Translations under genes and position numbers: made by a program
Notes under the pieces: generated by a model
Told to the model about the DNA's origin: nothing
What the model saw: only the letters and a program-made list of their open reading frames with translations
The model's database searches: none
Shown: one piece after another, positions 1 to 13,273 of the stretch
Position numbering within the stretch: the first letter of the stretch is position 1
Layout: each line of letters opens with the position of its first letter
Origin: Vitrella brassicaformis CCMP3155
Lineage: Eukaryota > Protista > Chromerida
Length of the DNA stretch: 64,000 bases
Assembly: GCA_001179505.1 (NCBI GenBank)
Contig: CDMY01000312.1
Span: 62,001-126,000 of the forward strand
Direction: 5' to 3'

Positions 1-1941
1 ACGCACAGCGAGATCTCGAGAGGCACTTCCACAGCGGAGGTCAGCGGAACTTCGACCTCGGCGTCGGTTCCAGGACTTACGAGATTGACTTCAACAACAT
101 GCTGCAGAGAAACAAACACACCGGTAGGTACCTGCCAGAAAGGGCACGTGTCTGTGTCCGGGGAGCTGAGCTTGTCATCGACTGTCGTGTCGTCTTGGTG
201 GTGGGGATGTTGTCATGTTAGGTGTGCAGAGGCGCATCCGGCGGGAGGTGGGCAACTTCGTGTGGGAGTTCGATGCAGGCGGGCAGCAGGGGTGGACTGT
301 GTAAGCCACAAGACACACACACACACACACGCGACGGTGTGTTATGCATGAGCATGGTCCGTGTGTCTGTTTGTGTGTGGCAGGTTTGACGCGCCCACCG
401 CGACTCAGCTGGAGGTGGAGAGCCACCTGTGCGCCAACAACGGCCAGGTGACCTACACCCACCACAACCAGCGCTACGAGGCCAACCTCTTCAACCGCAA
501 GCAGACCAACCTCCACACCAATCAACAGCGCGACATCAGGCGCAGGGACGTCATGCCAGGCGCCGCCCCACACCCCCATGGACATCACCCCCAGTCCCAC
601 CACGCCCGCCAATCCGCCGGCCGGTCTCACGCACAGTCGTCTGGACACCGACACGGACCCTATCATGGCCACGGACACGGCGGCAGGCATTCCGGCGGCC
701 GTCGGAGCGGCCATGCGGCCAGTGCTTCGGCCTCTGCTGCAAGTGGCGGGTCGATCGCGACACACTCATTCGGCAGCGGGCGGAAGATCTACACGTACAA
801 TGACGAGTCGATTCCGCAGGAGGACGTGGACTCGGTGCTCGAGGATGTGCCGGACCGGCCAGAGAGGGAGGGAGAGGGAGAGGGAGAGGAGGGGGAGGGG
901 GAGGGCGGGGGAGAGGCGTGTGCCGTCTGCAGCATATGTCACGACGAGTTGCGTGAGGACCTGGTGAGGTTTGTGGGCGACTGCCCCCACGTGTTCCACC
1001 GGGAGTGTGTACACAATATGGCCAAATACGGCAGCGGCCACCTCAAGTGCCCCCTCTGCAACGCGGTCAAGCTCTACTCACATGGATCGCAGCCCAGTGG
1101 TCAGTCAGCTGAACACACACACACGCGCGCACACACAGACATCTGGATCGTCCACACATCACATCTGCTCGGGGTGTGTGTGTCAGGTGCGATGGAGTGG
1201 ACCACTGGTGACGAGCCGGTCTTGAAGGGCCACGAGGGCACCAAGACCGTCACCATCACTTGGTCATTCCCAGACGGAATACAGGGTGGGTCTGCCCTGC
1301 CCCTCACACACATAGACAAGGAGAGCGCTCACGCATGCCACTGTGTGTGTGCTGGTTTGATCAGGTCGCAAGATGATGAGTGAGGGACACCGGTATCGCG
1401 GCACGAGCCGCACCGGCTACCTCCCCGATACACCCACTGGACGCGCCATCGCACAAATGTTCATCAGATGCTTCGAACACGTACGTTGGTTGCCCCCCAC
1501 ACACACCCACACACCCCCCCACACACCAATGCCAATGCGACGTCTCTGTGTGTTGTGTTGTGTTGTGTGCAGGGTCACATGTTCACAGTGGGGTCGAGTG
1601 TGACGACGGGCGCCGAGAACACGACTGTGTGGAACGGCGTCCACGTCAAAACCAAACCTGTCGGAGGTAGGACCATCACACTCACGCTCACCACTCAGGC
1701 AGCACAGGAGGGCAACCACACCCATTTCCCTCTCTCTCTGTACCCCCCAGGGTCGGCCAACTTTGGATACCCCGACGATGGGTACTTCAAGCGCGTGTTG
1801 GAGGAGCTGGCGGGCAAGCACATTCTGCCCACACAGGAGGAGCGCGACGTGCTTACAGCCCAGGGGGTCATCGAGCAAGCGACGTCCGCCAGCGCATCGA
1901 CGTCCGCATCCACACCCGCAACCAACGCCGTCAACCCGTGA
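1..1941 (+). CDS. DTX: Deltex-like E3 ubiquitin ligase (tandem WWE, RING-H2, Deltex C-terminal domain); 5' end outside window; multi-exon
   Basis: Spliced exons read ...RTYEIDFNNMLQRNKHTG/VQRRIRREVGNFVWEFDAGG.../RFDAPTATQLE...RYEANLFNRKQTNLHTNQQRDIRRR (two WWE-like units). Then CSICHDEL...CPHVFHRECV...CPLC (RING-H2), then DTC hallmarks TITWSFPDGIQ, GTSRTGYLPDTPTG, HMFTVGSSVTTG..NTTVWNGVHVKT, FGYPDDGYFKRVLEEL. Stop TGA at 1939-1941. Confidence 0.88.
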
Positions 1942-3059
1942 TCCTCCCGGCCCACCTGCCTGTTGACATGCGGTGTTATCCTCTGAGATTTTGGTTTGAT
2001 TGCGTTTTTGATACCGATCGGCTGGGCGGTCCGGCGGCGCTTTCTTCTTATGTTTGGGTGGGCCATGAGTAGAGACAGACAAGGGGGGCCCTGCGTGTGT
2101 GAGACGACGGGTGAGTGATGCTGTGGTTGGGCTTTATGCTGAGTTGTGAGGTGAGTTGTGGTGGTGATGTGTGTGTGGGTGTATGTGAGTACACGGCTCT
2201 CTCTCTCTCTCTCCGGTGCCTGCGTCCATCTCTCCATCTACACATTTGTCGTTGTGTCGTGGACATTGCTGCTGGCGGTCCGTCTGGTGTGTTGCCGGCT
2301 TCTCACCCACCTGCAGCGAGGCCGCTGCATTGTGTCGGCGCTCTTGCTGCTGAGTGTCTGATGCAATGAAGAGGCAGCGATGTATGTGGGTGGGAAGAGG
2401 GGACACCGGATGACGGCGCCAAGGATATGAAACAAACACCCACCCATACGTGAAGTCGGGTCATTGTAAGATAGATATTCCTGCTGTCTCTCTGTGGTCT
2501 TCTGGGCATGTTCCCTTCACCAGGGGCGAGTGTGCGGCGGGTGGTGGTACCGACTCACCATCCGCTGCGTGTCTTGTCTTCGGTGATGGCGACATTCAGA
2601 AATCACATGAGAGCGAGTTAGCAGTCGGTTTTCCCATCGTTGGTTCAGACGGCCCGCCTGCCAGGCAGCGGGCGGGCCTTTCCGATTCTTTCTATGTGTG
2701 TGCGTGTGTGTGTGAGAGAGAACGAGAGCGTGTGTGCGTCCCGCCTTGTTGGTGTGTATGTGTGTGTGTGTGTGCGTGTCTTTGTATTGAATACGTGTGC
2801 CCGTCTATAGCATATGCTTTCATACACGTGCATACATTTAGTGGATGGCAGCGGACCGCTGCAGATTGACCTCATCGATTATGGAACCAGCTTTTCACAG
2901 TCGTTGCCTCGGCGTCCTCACGATGTGTCATGAGTGCCCACCGTCACATCCAGGAGACGCATCCACGCAGGAAGTCATACAACACACAGAGAACTTCCCA
3001 ATATACCCCTCCCTCCCTGCCCCCTATACAGGGATACTGGCGATCAGCGACCGGTCCAG

Positions 3060-3817
3060 TCAGTCAAACCACTCCGCAGCACCTGCACCTGTCTCGATGA
3101 GCGCCAGGTCAGCAGCGAAGTCCTCTTCGCTCAGCCGGACGTGCGCCGCCTCAAAGGCAGCCACCTTCCTGGCCAGGTCGGCCTTGTAGGGCTGGTCCGC
3201 GGCCTTTGACTGCTCGAAGCAGGTCATCTTGCCGGTGCGCTTGGTCTTGCGGGTGGTCTTGGACATCTGTTTCGCAGAAGCCAAGCCATCCATCCATCCA
3301 TCCACACACATGACGTCTGAACATCATCCTCCCTTACAGTACATCTGTACCTTGGATTTCTTGGCTATGGCGTTTTTCTTGACGTTCTTGATGCCATCGT
3401 TCTTGCTGTCGTCCTTGTCCCTGCCGTCGCTGCCATTGCTGCCGGTCTGTGTCTTGGTGGAGAGCGACGACAGGCCGCCACTGGAACTCGCCGCGCCCTT
3501 GACGGATGCATCCGAGGCTGCACACGCATACACGGAAGAAATGCGCCATCAACTGGATGGGTGTGTCGGTCGTGTCTCATGAGTGTGAGCGTGCCAGCGT
3601 CATTTGTGTCGTCCTTGTACCCCCTGGACACGTTACGCTGAGCATGTTCGTTTTTTGAAAATGTGCGCTGGGCGACCGCCCGAAATGAAAAAATGCGTCG
3701 GAGACAGCGAGGATTGAAAAAGTGCATCGAGGAACAGCGAGGCGAATGAAAATGTGCAGTCCAGACAGCGGCCATTTGAAATATTGCGGTGGAGGACCGC
3801 ATCAAGGACCTCATCAA
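3060..3817 (-). CDS. Possible small hypothetical protein (Lys/Ser-rich middle exon, charged helical last exon); 5' end uncertain
   Basis: Exons ...KNAIAKKSK|GT...AG|MSKTTRK...AEWFD* join in phase 0. The upstream part overlaps the ~30-bp periodic array, so the start is doubtful. Confidence 0.35.
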
Positions 3818-4031
3818 AAGCCGCCATGGCTTCTACGTACACCTTCCCCCACCATGGATCGCGCTGGGAAATGAAAATTTTCGTTCGTCATCCTCCAAAT
3901 GAAATTTTGCGTTCTGCTCTGTGACCAGCATGCGAAAAAATCCGTCGGCCAGAGCACCGAATGAAAAGGTACGTAGAGGGGTGAAGGAACGAAAAAACAC
4001 GTTGACCAGCTGCGAGTTTGAAATGATGCGC
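3656..4031. repeat. Degenerate ~30-bp periodic array, core YGAAA-N3-T(G)CG, 11 recognisable copies
   Basis: Motif starts at 3656, 3686, 3715, 3747, 3777, 3872, 3900, 3933, 3962, 3990 and 4019, e.g. TGAAAATGTGCG, TGAAAAAATGCG, TGAAATATTGCG, TGAAATTTTGCG, TGAAATGATGCG. Confidence 0.7.
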
Positions 4032-4856
4032 TTTCAGAAGGTTACGTGCCTAGGGGGTACGTCCTTGGGAGGGGGCAGCCCAAACGAAACAGCGGCAAGC
4101 ACCGGGATGAGGACCAGTGGCATCTGCAACACACACACACAAAGACTCCCAGCTGGTCAAGAGAGAGAATGGGTGGTCCATCTCCACCAAATACCTTTGC
4201 AGGTGACTCCTTCTTGCCTCTGAGCATAGTTGGCCCTACCGAATCTCCTCAGTTGACGAAAATGACCACACCAAAGCTGTGCACACAGAGGCAGCACATC
4301 GAGGAGCTCGCATTGCCATTTCTGGGGCATTTTCCCTCAAAGTCGGTGCATGTGGGCTCTTAGTGCCTCTTCTTACCTGACTGCCGGTGCTGAATCGTCT
4401 GCAATTGTCGCTGAGCGGTCCTGGGGCCTTTCTCGCCTGTGGGCAGCTGCTGTGGGGCAATTTATGGGGCTGACACCACCACAGACAAACGAGGCTGATA
4501 CGATAGAGGGTGTTGTGAGCACACTGAGGCTCAGATGTCGTGGCTCCAATGGAGAACGAGGAGGGGGTCCGAAGCTAAGCAATTGAAGCTAAGCTTGCTG
4601 ATTTACATTTGGGTGATGGTCATTGTTTGCCGTAGTGTTGTGGAGATGCATGGTGCTGGCTGATTGTCTGTCGGGGATAGAGAAACAACATCGATCGTTG
4701 CCTGCATTTGTATTGAATTTCAATTTGTTGGCTTGCTATCCGAAGACTGCATTAGACGGAACAAATCCTTTGCTGCATAAGGGCCTGTGTCTCGTTGCAT
4801 TTGATGGATGACCCACTGCACGAACGCACTCAGCCGTCCATCCGCCCATGACCTAA

Positions 4857-4979
4857 TTATTGCTGCCACGAGAAGCCCAACACGATCTCCCCTTTGACAT
4901 CGACCTTGGACCTGACCCCCTCCTTGGCCACCAACCGCTCCACCACATCACCAGTGCCAAACTGACACAAATACATACA

Positions 4980-5011
<32 letters not shown>

Positions 5012-8000
5012 TGCAGGGAATGTGTCTGTGCTGTGTCTGCTGCGTCTCCGTGTCTCCCTCCCCATATGTGTCAATCACCTGGAGGCTGTGTGGCGGCACT
5101 CGGACGGTCATGCAGCCAAGGAAATCATCACCACCCCGCGACTTGATCATGTCATAGTCATACACCTCACACACGCACTCCACGCCCCTCTCAGCAGCGC
5201 CGGGCGGCAGGTCAGTGAAGGTCAGAGACTTGTTCCATTTCGGGTTGAGGTTCTGGCTGATGTGCTCAGTCTGCTGTGTGGGCGACTCCCACCCATTGGC
5301 CCGCAGCTTCACAACCATGTAGGGGTCGCTCTTGCGCATCCATCCGTCGGCCGCAGCGAGGTCGTGAGCCTCCTTGATATTCACTACCAGCTTGCTCGGC
5401 ACCGGCGGTTGTGCAGGCGGCGGCTGCTGGGGTGGCTGCTGCTGCTGCTGGTGTTGTGAGAGGGTGCCGTATGGCGTCTGCATCGTCTGGTAGGGCGTGC
5501 CGGCGGCACCGGTCACCTCACTGGTGGAGTGGAGGGGCGATGCTGCGGCCTGAAATGGGCTGGCAGGGCCGCCCACGCCCGATGGGCCACGGCTGGCGAG
5601 GCCGCCGGCCGATGAGGGGGGAAAGGAGTGGTAGGGGGTGGGCACCGCATGGGACGCCACATCCAAGTCGACCGGTGGCACACCTCCCTGCTTCCGTGTC
5701 TGTGGGGGCTGCTGGGCTNNNNNNNNNNNNNNNNNNNNNNNNNNNNNNNNNNNNNNNNNNNNNNNNNNNNNNNNNNNNNNNNNNNNNNNNNNNNNNNNNN
5801 NNNNNNNNNNNNNNNNNNNNNNNNNNNNNNNNNNNNNNNNNNNNNNNNNNNNNNNNNNNNNNNNNNNNNNNNNNNNNNNNNNNNNNNNNNNNNNNNNNNN
5901 NNNNNNNNNNNNNNNNNNNNNNNNNNNNNNNNNNNNNNNNNNNNNNNNNNNNNNNNNNNNNNNNNNNNNNNNNNNNNNNNNNNNNNNNNNNNNNNNNNNN
6001 NNNNNNNNNNNNNNNNNNGGCTGCAATTGTGGGGGTTGTTGGGGGGGCTGCTGATAGGCGCCGCTATCAGGGTAGGGTGGTTCATCCAGTGGTTCTGGGT
6101 GGAAGGGCGCTGGTCGAGTGGGTGAGGGTGGGCGGTGCGTCACGGTCATGGTCATGTCTCCGGCGGAGGGGGCCTGTTGCTGCGGCATGTGCAGCGGTGT
6201 CCATGTGGTGACGAGGAAGAGCTGTCCTTGTGCTGGGTCGCGGCACTTCTGTGTGTTGGACTGGAGAGAGAGAGTCACCTCCTGCACTGAGGGACGACTG
6301 ATGTCTTGCGGAAGAGGGAACCTGCATACGACATGAGACACAACTACGTGTCTGTCTCTCCCTGTCGATTGACGTGGCGTACGTGGCCTCTCCCAGGAAG
6401 TCCTTGCCGAGTGTGTCTGAATCCCACACCTCGACCAACACGGGCTCGCTGGGACCCTCACGCTGCGGCCAGTTGATTTTGAAGCTCTTGCTCTCCTTCC
6501 ACACGGGGTCAAGCGTCTTGCACTTGACCGATGTCTCCCACACCTGCGCGCGCACAGACACGGGCGTAGAGGATATCTCACTCACGGACAGGCCATCTTG
6601 ATTCCTACCTGAGGTTTGGAGTGCGTCTTTGGCTGTGCGGGGACCAAGAATCGGCAGAAGGGGTCAGATATGGTCAGCTTGCCGAAGCCCCACATGGAAC
6701 GGTCCGCAGCACGCAGACCCTGTGCTGACAGACACTGAACGGAACAATAATAGAGACACAACAGATGGGCGCGTCGGGAAGAGTCCTTCTTTGTCAACCT
6801 CAATCTTGAAGTCGCCTTCGAACGTCTGCGGGGGTGGTGGGGGCCCAGCCGCCATCGAGAGGTCCGTCGTGAGCCCCTTGTCAGGCACCTGCATGACCTG
6901 CTGAGTGACCTCCTCCAGCTCGTACCGTGGCTCCCACTCTATCTCGAGGCTGATGAGGCCCTGTGCCTCCGCGCTGCTCTTCTTTTTGTTGGACTGGAGG
7001 GGCTGCTGGAAGGTCTTCCTGCCACCCTTGATGGGGAAGGGCAGGTGGACCTCGCCAAGGAAATCGTCAGGGCCGAGGTCTGAGTCGAAAACCTCTATCA
7101 GGATGGTCGGCTTGCTCTCGCCGGTCCACTCATTGGGGGACTGCACAGACAAAGACGAGGGCTTTACGAAGACAGAAAAGAAGGCGCGTGGCAGGTTTGG
7201 TTGACCGTTTGTGAGTTGATGTAGAAGCCGTGTTGTTCATCCCAGACGGGGCTGAGGTTCTTCTTGACAACCTTGGTCTGCCATGAGTGCTTTCGGCTGC
7301 CGGGGCCGCCTGTCGCGAGACACACCTGCACAAGTGACAGCCACCCAGCAGTGGACTAACACCTGGTATTGGCTCTAGTGACCTACTTTGGCGTATGGGT
7401 CGGATGTTGTGGGGCGGCCGAACATGGTAGTGTCGGCTGCACGGAGGCCCGACGCCGATATGCACTGAGGCAGACATGCAGGCCATGAGAGTGGCGTCTG
7501 TGTCTGTGTCTGTGTCTGCGTATGTGTGGTGTGTACTTTGATGCGGAGGTTGCCGACGTATGGGAGGCTCTCCCCGTCCTCAGCCAGCACCTCACACTCA
7601 ACTATTTCTGATCAATCACGCCACACAGACTCTTCGTTCCGTGTGTGTGTGTGTGTGTGTGTGTGTACCAGGTTCCTCCTTGTCCATGTCGATGTGGGGC
7701 CTCCAGGTGATATCGATGGCCAGGCTGCCGCCACCGCTGCTCCTGCCCTTCTCAGGGTCGCCCGTCAGCGGCAGCTGGTACCTAGTGGTGCCGCGCTGCA
7801 CAGACACAGACAGACGATGATGATGATAGGTGCATCTGTGATTGCACTTGTTTGGACCTTTGTGGGCGCAGGGAATGCCACTTGCCCCAGGAAGGCGTCC
7901 GAGCCGAGTCTGCTGGCCCACACCTCCACTAGCACGAGAGACTCAGATGGACCCAACTCCTGACACGCACACAGCAGCCCAGGGTTGACAGGGGGCCACC

Positions 8001-11000
8001 CACGAATGCTCACGCACCCTGGGCAGGTTGACGTCCCATTCCTTGTCCTGCTGCCACACGGGCGAGTTGTTGTGCTTGACCACCTTGCTTTGCCACACGT
8101 CGGGCTTCTCAGTCGACGTGCACTGCGTGAACATCTTGCAGTACGCATTCACTGCACACACATGTGCACAACACATATCGATGGCCAAGACAGAGAGACA
8201 GCAGCTGTGTGTGTGTGTACCAGGGTTTTGTTTCTGCTTGGGTGAGTTCTTGGTGGCGCCGGGAGGGACCAAAGCGGTCGCCGCCACACACTAAGGAGGG
8301 AGGAGAGTCAGGAGACACGACGAGCAGACAGGAGGCCGATCTCATTCGATTGCGTAACGTACCACCACGATCAGTTTGCCCGAGAAAGGGGCCGCGGTGC
8401 CCATTTCGTGAAGCACTGCACAAGGAGAGAGAGAGGCAGACAGAGAGGGTTGGGAGAAATGCGACAGGGGCAAGTACATGAAGTGTGTGCTGGTGCACGC
8501 ACGCACACCCGCACCTGTTGGTTTTGCGTCAGGTGCGGCGAGGAAGGGCGCCCACTGCACCTCAAGGCTCAGCTGCCCCGTCACCTTACCCAAGGCCTGT
8601 CCGGCACAAACTCAATGACCTGCCTGCATGCCGCTTCGCATTCTGTGCGATGCTCTCGTACGTTCTTGTCTTCCTTTGCAGGGTTGCCCATCAGCGCCTG
8701 GTGCACGTGGGAGATCGTGGGTTCCTACGTACGCATACGCAGCCACACCCACCCACCAATGGAGACAATGAATGCACGTACATCGCGGTTCCTTTTGTTC
8801 TCACAGTGGCGTTTTTGGGAATGGGCAGCGTGATCTCGCCGAGGAAGTCGTCCTTCTCGAAGTTGACTCCCATGACTGCGTCGGCATCCCACACCTCCAC
8901 GACGTAGCTGCCGGCCTCACCAACGGGCTGCACAAAGGAAGGCATAATGAAACCATCAGAATGCCCTCAATTGTTCCCGTGATGCTGTGCTGCAGCCGGC
9001 GTGCCGACCCTTTGGTTGAATGAGATGAAGAAGTCGTTCGCCTCGTTCCACACTGGATCGAGCGTCTCGTTGATTGTCTTGGTGCGCCATGTGGTGGGCT
9101 TGGACTTCTCGCACTCACTCACGCACACCTGCACACACCACATGCAATGGATGCCATACCATGTTCCCTCCCCTCTCTCCCTGTCCCTGTGTCAGGTTGG
9201 GTACTTTGCAGTAGGGGTCGGAGAGGCCTTTGGACAGGCCCATCATAGTCGAGTCGGCAGCACGGAGGCCAAAGGCAGAGAGACACTGCGTGAGAAAGGA
9301 CAATGGCACACAAATGCATGGTCCCTTCCTCACGGACACACAGCACAATCCTCCGGAGCTCCTCGCTCCCACCTTGACAGTGAGCTTGCCGACGAAAGCC
9401 TGCTCCAGGCCAGGGTCCACCACGACCGACACTGAACACACATACCGCAGTACCAAATGAGAAAGCTTTTCAGCAGTAGCTACCCTCTGGTCTGGCTGGG
9501 AGGATTGTTGCCCCGCCGTGAGCGTCATAGGCTGTCCTTGGCACTATGGCGCTTTCAGCGAGGTTCTCCGGCGGGGACCACAGCAGCTCCACACACAGAC
9601 ACCCCTACAACGAAGCGGCATACAACGAAGAAGCAATCACACTATCTTTCTCCGATTCTCCCGGCTCTTCCACCTCGGCAGCTTCCTTTGCTTTCTGTGG
9701 GTTGGACTGCACGCGCCTCAGCTGTTTTTCCAGCAGTGGCCGCACACCCCCTCTTCGCTGCAGCGTCTCATAGCAGTTCCGGAGGAACGACTGGGGGAAT
9801 GGAATCCTCACTTCGCCCAGGAAGTTGTCTTTGCCCCAGTCGCTGTCCCAGACCTCGATGAGCACCTCGCTCGGGGCGTCGGTGGTGTTGTGTGGTGAGG
9901 GGAGGGGCACCTGGAAGTCTTTGGTCTCCTTCCAGATGGGGTGGAGGGTCTTGACGATAGTCTCGGTGTTCCAGGTGTGGAAGCCGCCTTTGGGAGAGGG
10001 AACCAGCACCTGACGGAAAGAGGTGAAGACATGTTTCGGCGCCTGATCGGGATTTCCGTGTCACTTACTTTGCAGTAGGGGTCAGATGTTGCCTCCCCTC
10101 CCCTGGGTGCAGCGTCAGCAGCACGCACACCAACAGCCGACCAGCAGGTCATACTGAGGGTGCCAATGAGGTCGGGCATCGTCACAGGGGGCGGCGGGAT
10201 GGCCTGTGGTGGCGACACGGGAATGGTCTCGGTTGGTGAAGGGTAGCCCCTCTCCAGCTCCTGTGGCTGCGTGGGCCGGGCTGTTGGGACTGGTACTGGC
10301 GGAGACAGGGGCGGGCCGGCAGGGACATGTGCGGGGGGAGGCACATGGGGAGGCGGCTGAAGGACACAAAGACGGAGGAGAAATGGAGAATGAAGATGGC
10401 ATTAGACATAAGTCAGTCGCTTGCCTCTTTCATTTCAGGGTGGCGCGGAGCTGTTTCCCGCATGCGCAGCTGAACATTTGAAAACAACAGGACGTTCAAC
10501 AAGACGAACATATGAAGTGTAAGCACTTTTGCTGCATCATAGCTACCGTGTTTTGCAGGTCTGCGACTCTTGTCTGTTCCTCCTGCAGCGCCTGTCGCAT
10601 CATGGCCAGCTGCTTCTGCAGCCCCTCGTTGTCCTTGCGCAACGCCGCCAGCTGCTGCTCGAGCGACCGGTACTTGTCGTCACTCGGACCACCCCTGCCA
10701 ACAACACACGCCCGCATCTGATGAATCTGACAATATTGGATGACGCGTACATCTGTCCAGCGTGTTTCTTGAAGTATTCCAGGTCCTGCAGGGCGGTGGC
10801 CAGGTCGCGACGGGCGGCGACTGCACAGACAGACAGAGGGATGGGGACATGAGTCGTGGCTGCCGGTGAAGCTATCTCACTTGCAGCTCCTTCTGCGGCG
10901 CCCTTCTCCTGCTGGACCTGCTTCAGCACCTCCTGCACACTCTCCAGCTGCTGACGCAAAAACTGACCCGGCAGCACACAAGCCCATCCCATCTATGGGA

Positions 11001-13239
11001 ACCTGTCTGTGGTCTGTTCTTAGCTTATTACCTTGAGGTGTGCCTCCTGATTGGCGTACCCCTCTGCTTGCTTCGCCATCATGGCCATCTGCATGCCATG
11101 CATCGCCATCATACACAGATGGATAGTGCTGCGTGTCTCCTGCTTACTGTGTGCACGTGTTGTGACTTACCTTGGTCCTGAGGTCTCCTCCCTCCATCAT
11201 ATGTCTCTGCAGCTCCTCCTGCGTGAACCTCAGACTGCGATCGGCCGCCCTCAGCTGCTGCTCCATGTCCTGATTGATGAAGAGAGAGACACGAGAGATG
11301 GACGGGTGGAAGGGAGATCGCAGGGAGGGGTACTTACTTTGAGGGCTAGTTCTTTCTTGGTGAGCTCCTGTCGCATCCTCTCTGTGTCGTCCCTCACAGC
11401 AGCCACCTCACGCGCATCGAACGATCCCTCAACTTTCGACCTAATGAATTAATGACGCACGCAGAGCAATCGATTCACTCATCGGTAATTTGGTTACTTC
11501 ATGTCTTGGATCGTGTGGTGCAGGTCGTGGATGGTCTTCTTGTGTGCGTCGCTGTCCTTGAGCAGCCGGTCGATCTCCTCAACCATCACACGCTCACGTG
11601 CAGTCACCGGCACAAATCGGGAACGCTCATCTGTCGGCAGGTAGGGAAGACAGCTAGATGAAACAGACTCGAGTGCATCGTCTTGTGTGTATATGGACCT
11701 CCTTTCTGGTCGATCGTTGTGTCTTTGAGTGCGAGAGGGACCGTTGGCAGGGGGCCGAACTGCGTATAGTACGCTGCGATCTCGTGCTCGTCGCCCTAAA
11801 CACACGCAGAGAGAGGGCGGGGGAGAGAGAGGGGGGGAGAGGGAGAGAGGGATGGAGGGCTCCCGCTCTGTATAGGTGCATTTGTGTCACCTTTGATGGC
11901 GGAATGTGCGTTGGGGGGTGCAGAAGGTTGAACACGCGAAGCGCCGTCTCAACAGACGACACCTGCAGACACGCACAAGCATCCTTGTGTCTCCTTCAGC
12001 TTGTATCTCGTGCGACACACACTAGACACCACACCACCTTTGATATGGATGAGAAGAGCTGTTGGTGGGTGTGGATGGCCTCCATCCAGCTGGCGGTGAA
12101 CAGGTGCGGCTGCTTGATGTGCTGCAGGTCGTCAAGGCCGCCCTGCTGCACGCGAAGCATCAGACGCATGAAGCGCTCGCGCAGAGGGCCCGTCGACACA
12201 GACAACGCAGACAACAGGCCTGAACCAACCCACGACACAACATCTAGCTATCCTTCTAATTGCGGAAGACAGTGTTCGACCTTCTTTCGGTCCTGGTCGC
12301 GATGGCTCGACGGCCAGCTGCTGCTCCCTCTCCCTTTTGTCTTCCGCCGGCGGATTGAATGGCTGTTGGGGCATCGTCAGCCGCTGCATGGGGGAGGTGG
12401 CTTGGTCAACGGCGCCTTCAGTGGCCCTGGACTCCGCTATCGGGAGCTCGCCCTTCTGCCCGAGATGACCTGCATATGTCATAGAGACGAGCATAAGGTC
12501 CACCATGCCTCCTCCACAAGCGCCTGTGGATGGATGGATGGATGGATGCTCACTTTTGATCTGGTCTCTGATGAGTGGCGTGGCGGCCATCTGCAGAGGG
12601 CTCTTGCGGCCGACAGTATCCTGTATGTGCGGGTCAGCTCCATTCCTCAGCAGCAATGGGACCACCTTCGACTGACCCTCCTGCAGCCAGCCATATCAGT
12701 GCAAGGGCGTGACGATGGCATCAATGATTTATCGGTCCCCTTCTATCTATACCTCGCATGCGTAATGGAGAGGGGTGCGTCCGTAAAGGTCGCGAGCGTT
12801 GACGTCAGCCCCCTTTGCGAGCAGCAGCTTGGTGATGTCCTGCCCGCTCCAGTGACGGCTCAACACAGCATAGTACAGACCGGTGCGCTCATGCTGCACA
12901 CACAGCAAAGGCAGCTGCACTGCTGTCCTGCTGTCCTTGTCCCCGTCGTCTCTTTTGTCACCTTGTCGGTGGCGTGGATGAGCGATGGCTTCGAGTGCAG
13001 AAGAATGGAAACGACGTTGCGATTCTCCGAGCAACATCCCAGATGGAACGGCGTGCGACCAAGCTGCAACGACACAGAGCCGTGTACAAGACAAATGTGG
13101 TTCTTTCTTGTCCACGTGTACTGTACCCACCCCATCGCGGGCCTCCAGGTTCGCCCCAGCGTGCAACAGACACTCCACAGCTTTCTCGTGCCCATACTCA
13201 CATGCCTGACGGACAGGACACAATGGCGGCTGGGTGTCT

Positions 13240-13273
<34 letters not shown>

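Noticed and set aside
3656-4031. CRISPR-like reading of the repeat/spacer pattern
   Set aside because: The core is only ~12 bp and degenerate, spacers are 15-20 bp and partly related to each other, there are no cas genes, and the context is eukaryotic.
4046-4811. Short ORFs between the periodic array and the C2 gene end
   Set aside because: No recognisable motif, no consistent splice structure, and atypical codon usage.
4857-6581. ORFs spanning N runs taken as single exons (also near 41.6-42.5, 44.1-45.0 and 52.5-56.3 kb)
   Set aside because: They are open only because N codons give no stops; the gap size is a placeholder.
4857-10350. Calling the six-C2 protein a ferlin, MCTP or extended synaptotagmin
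   Set aside because: No terminal transmembrane helix, FerI/DysF or SMP region is recognisable, and it has ankyrin repeats instead.
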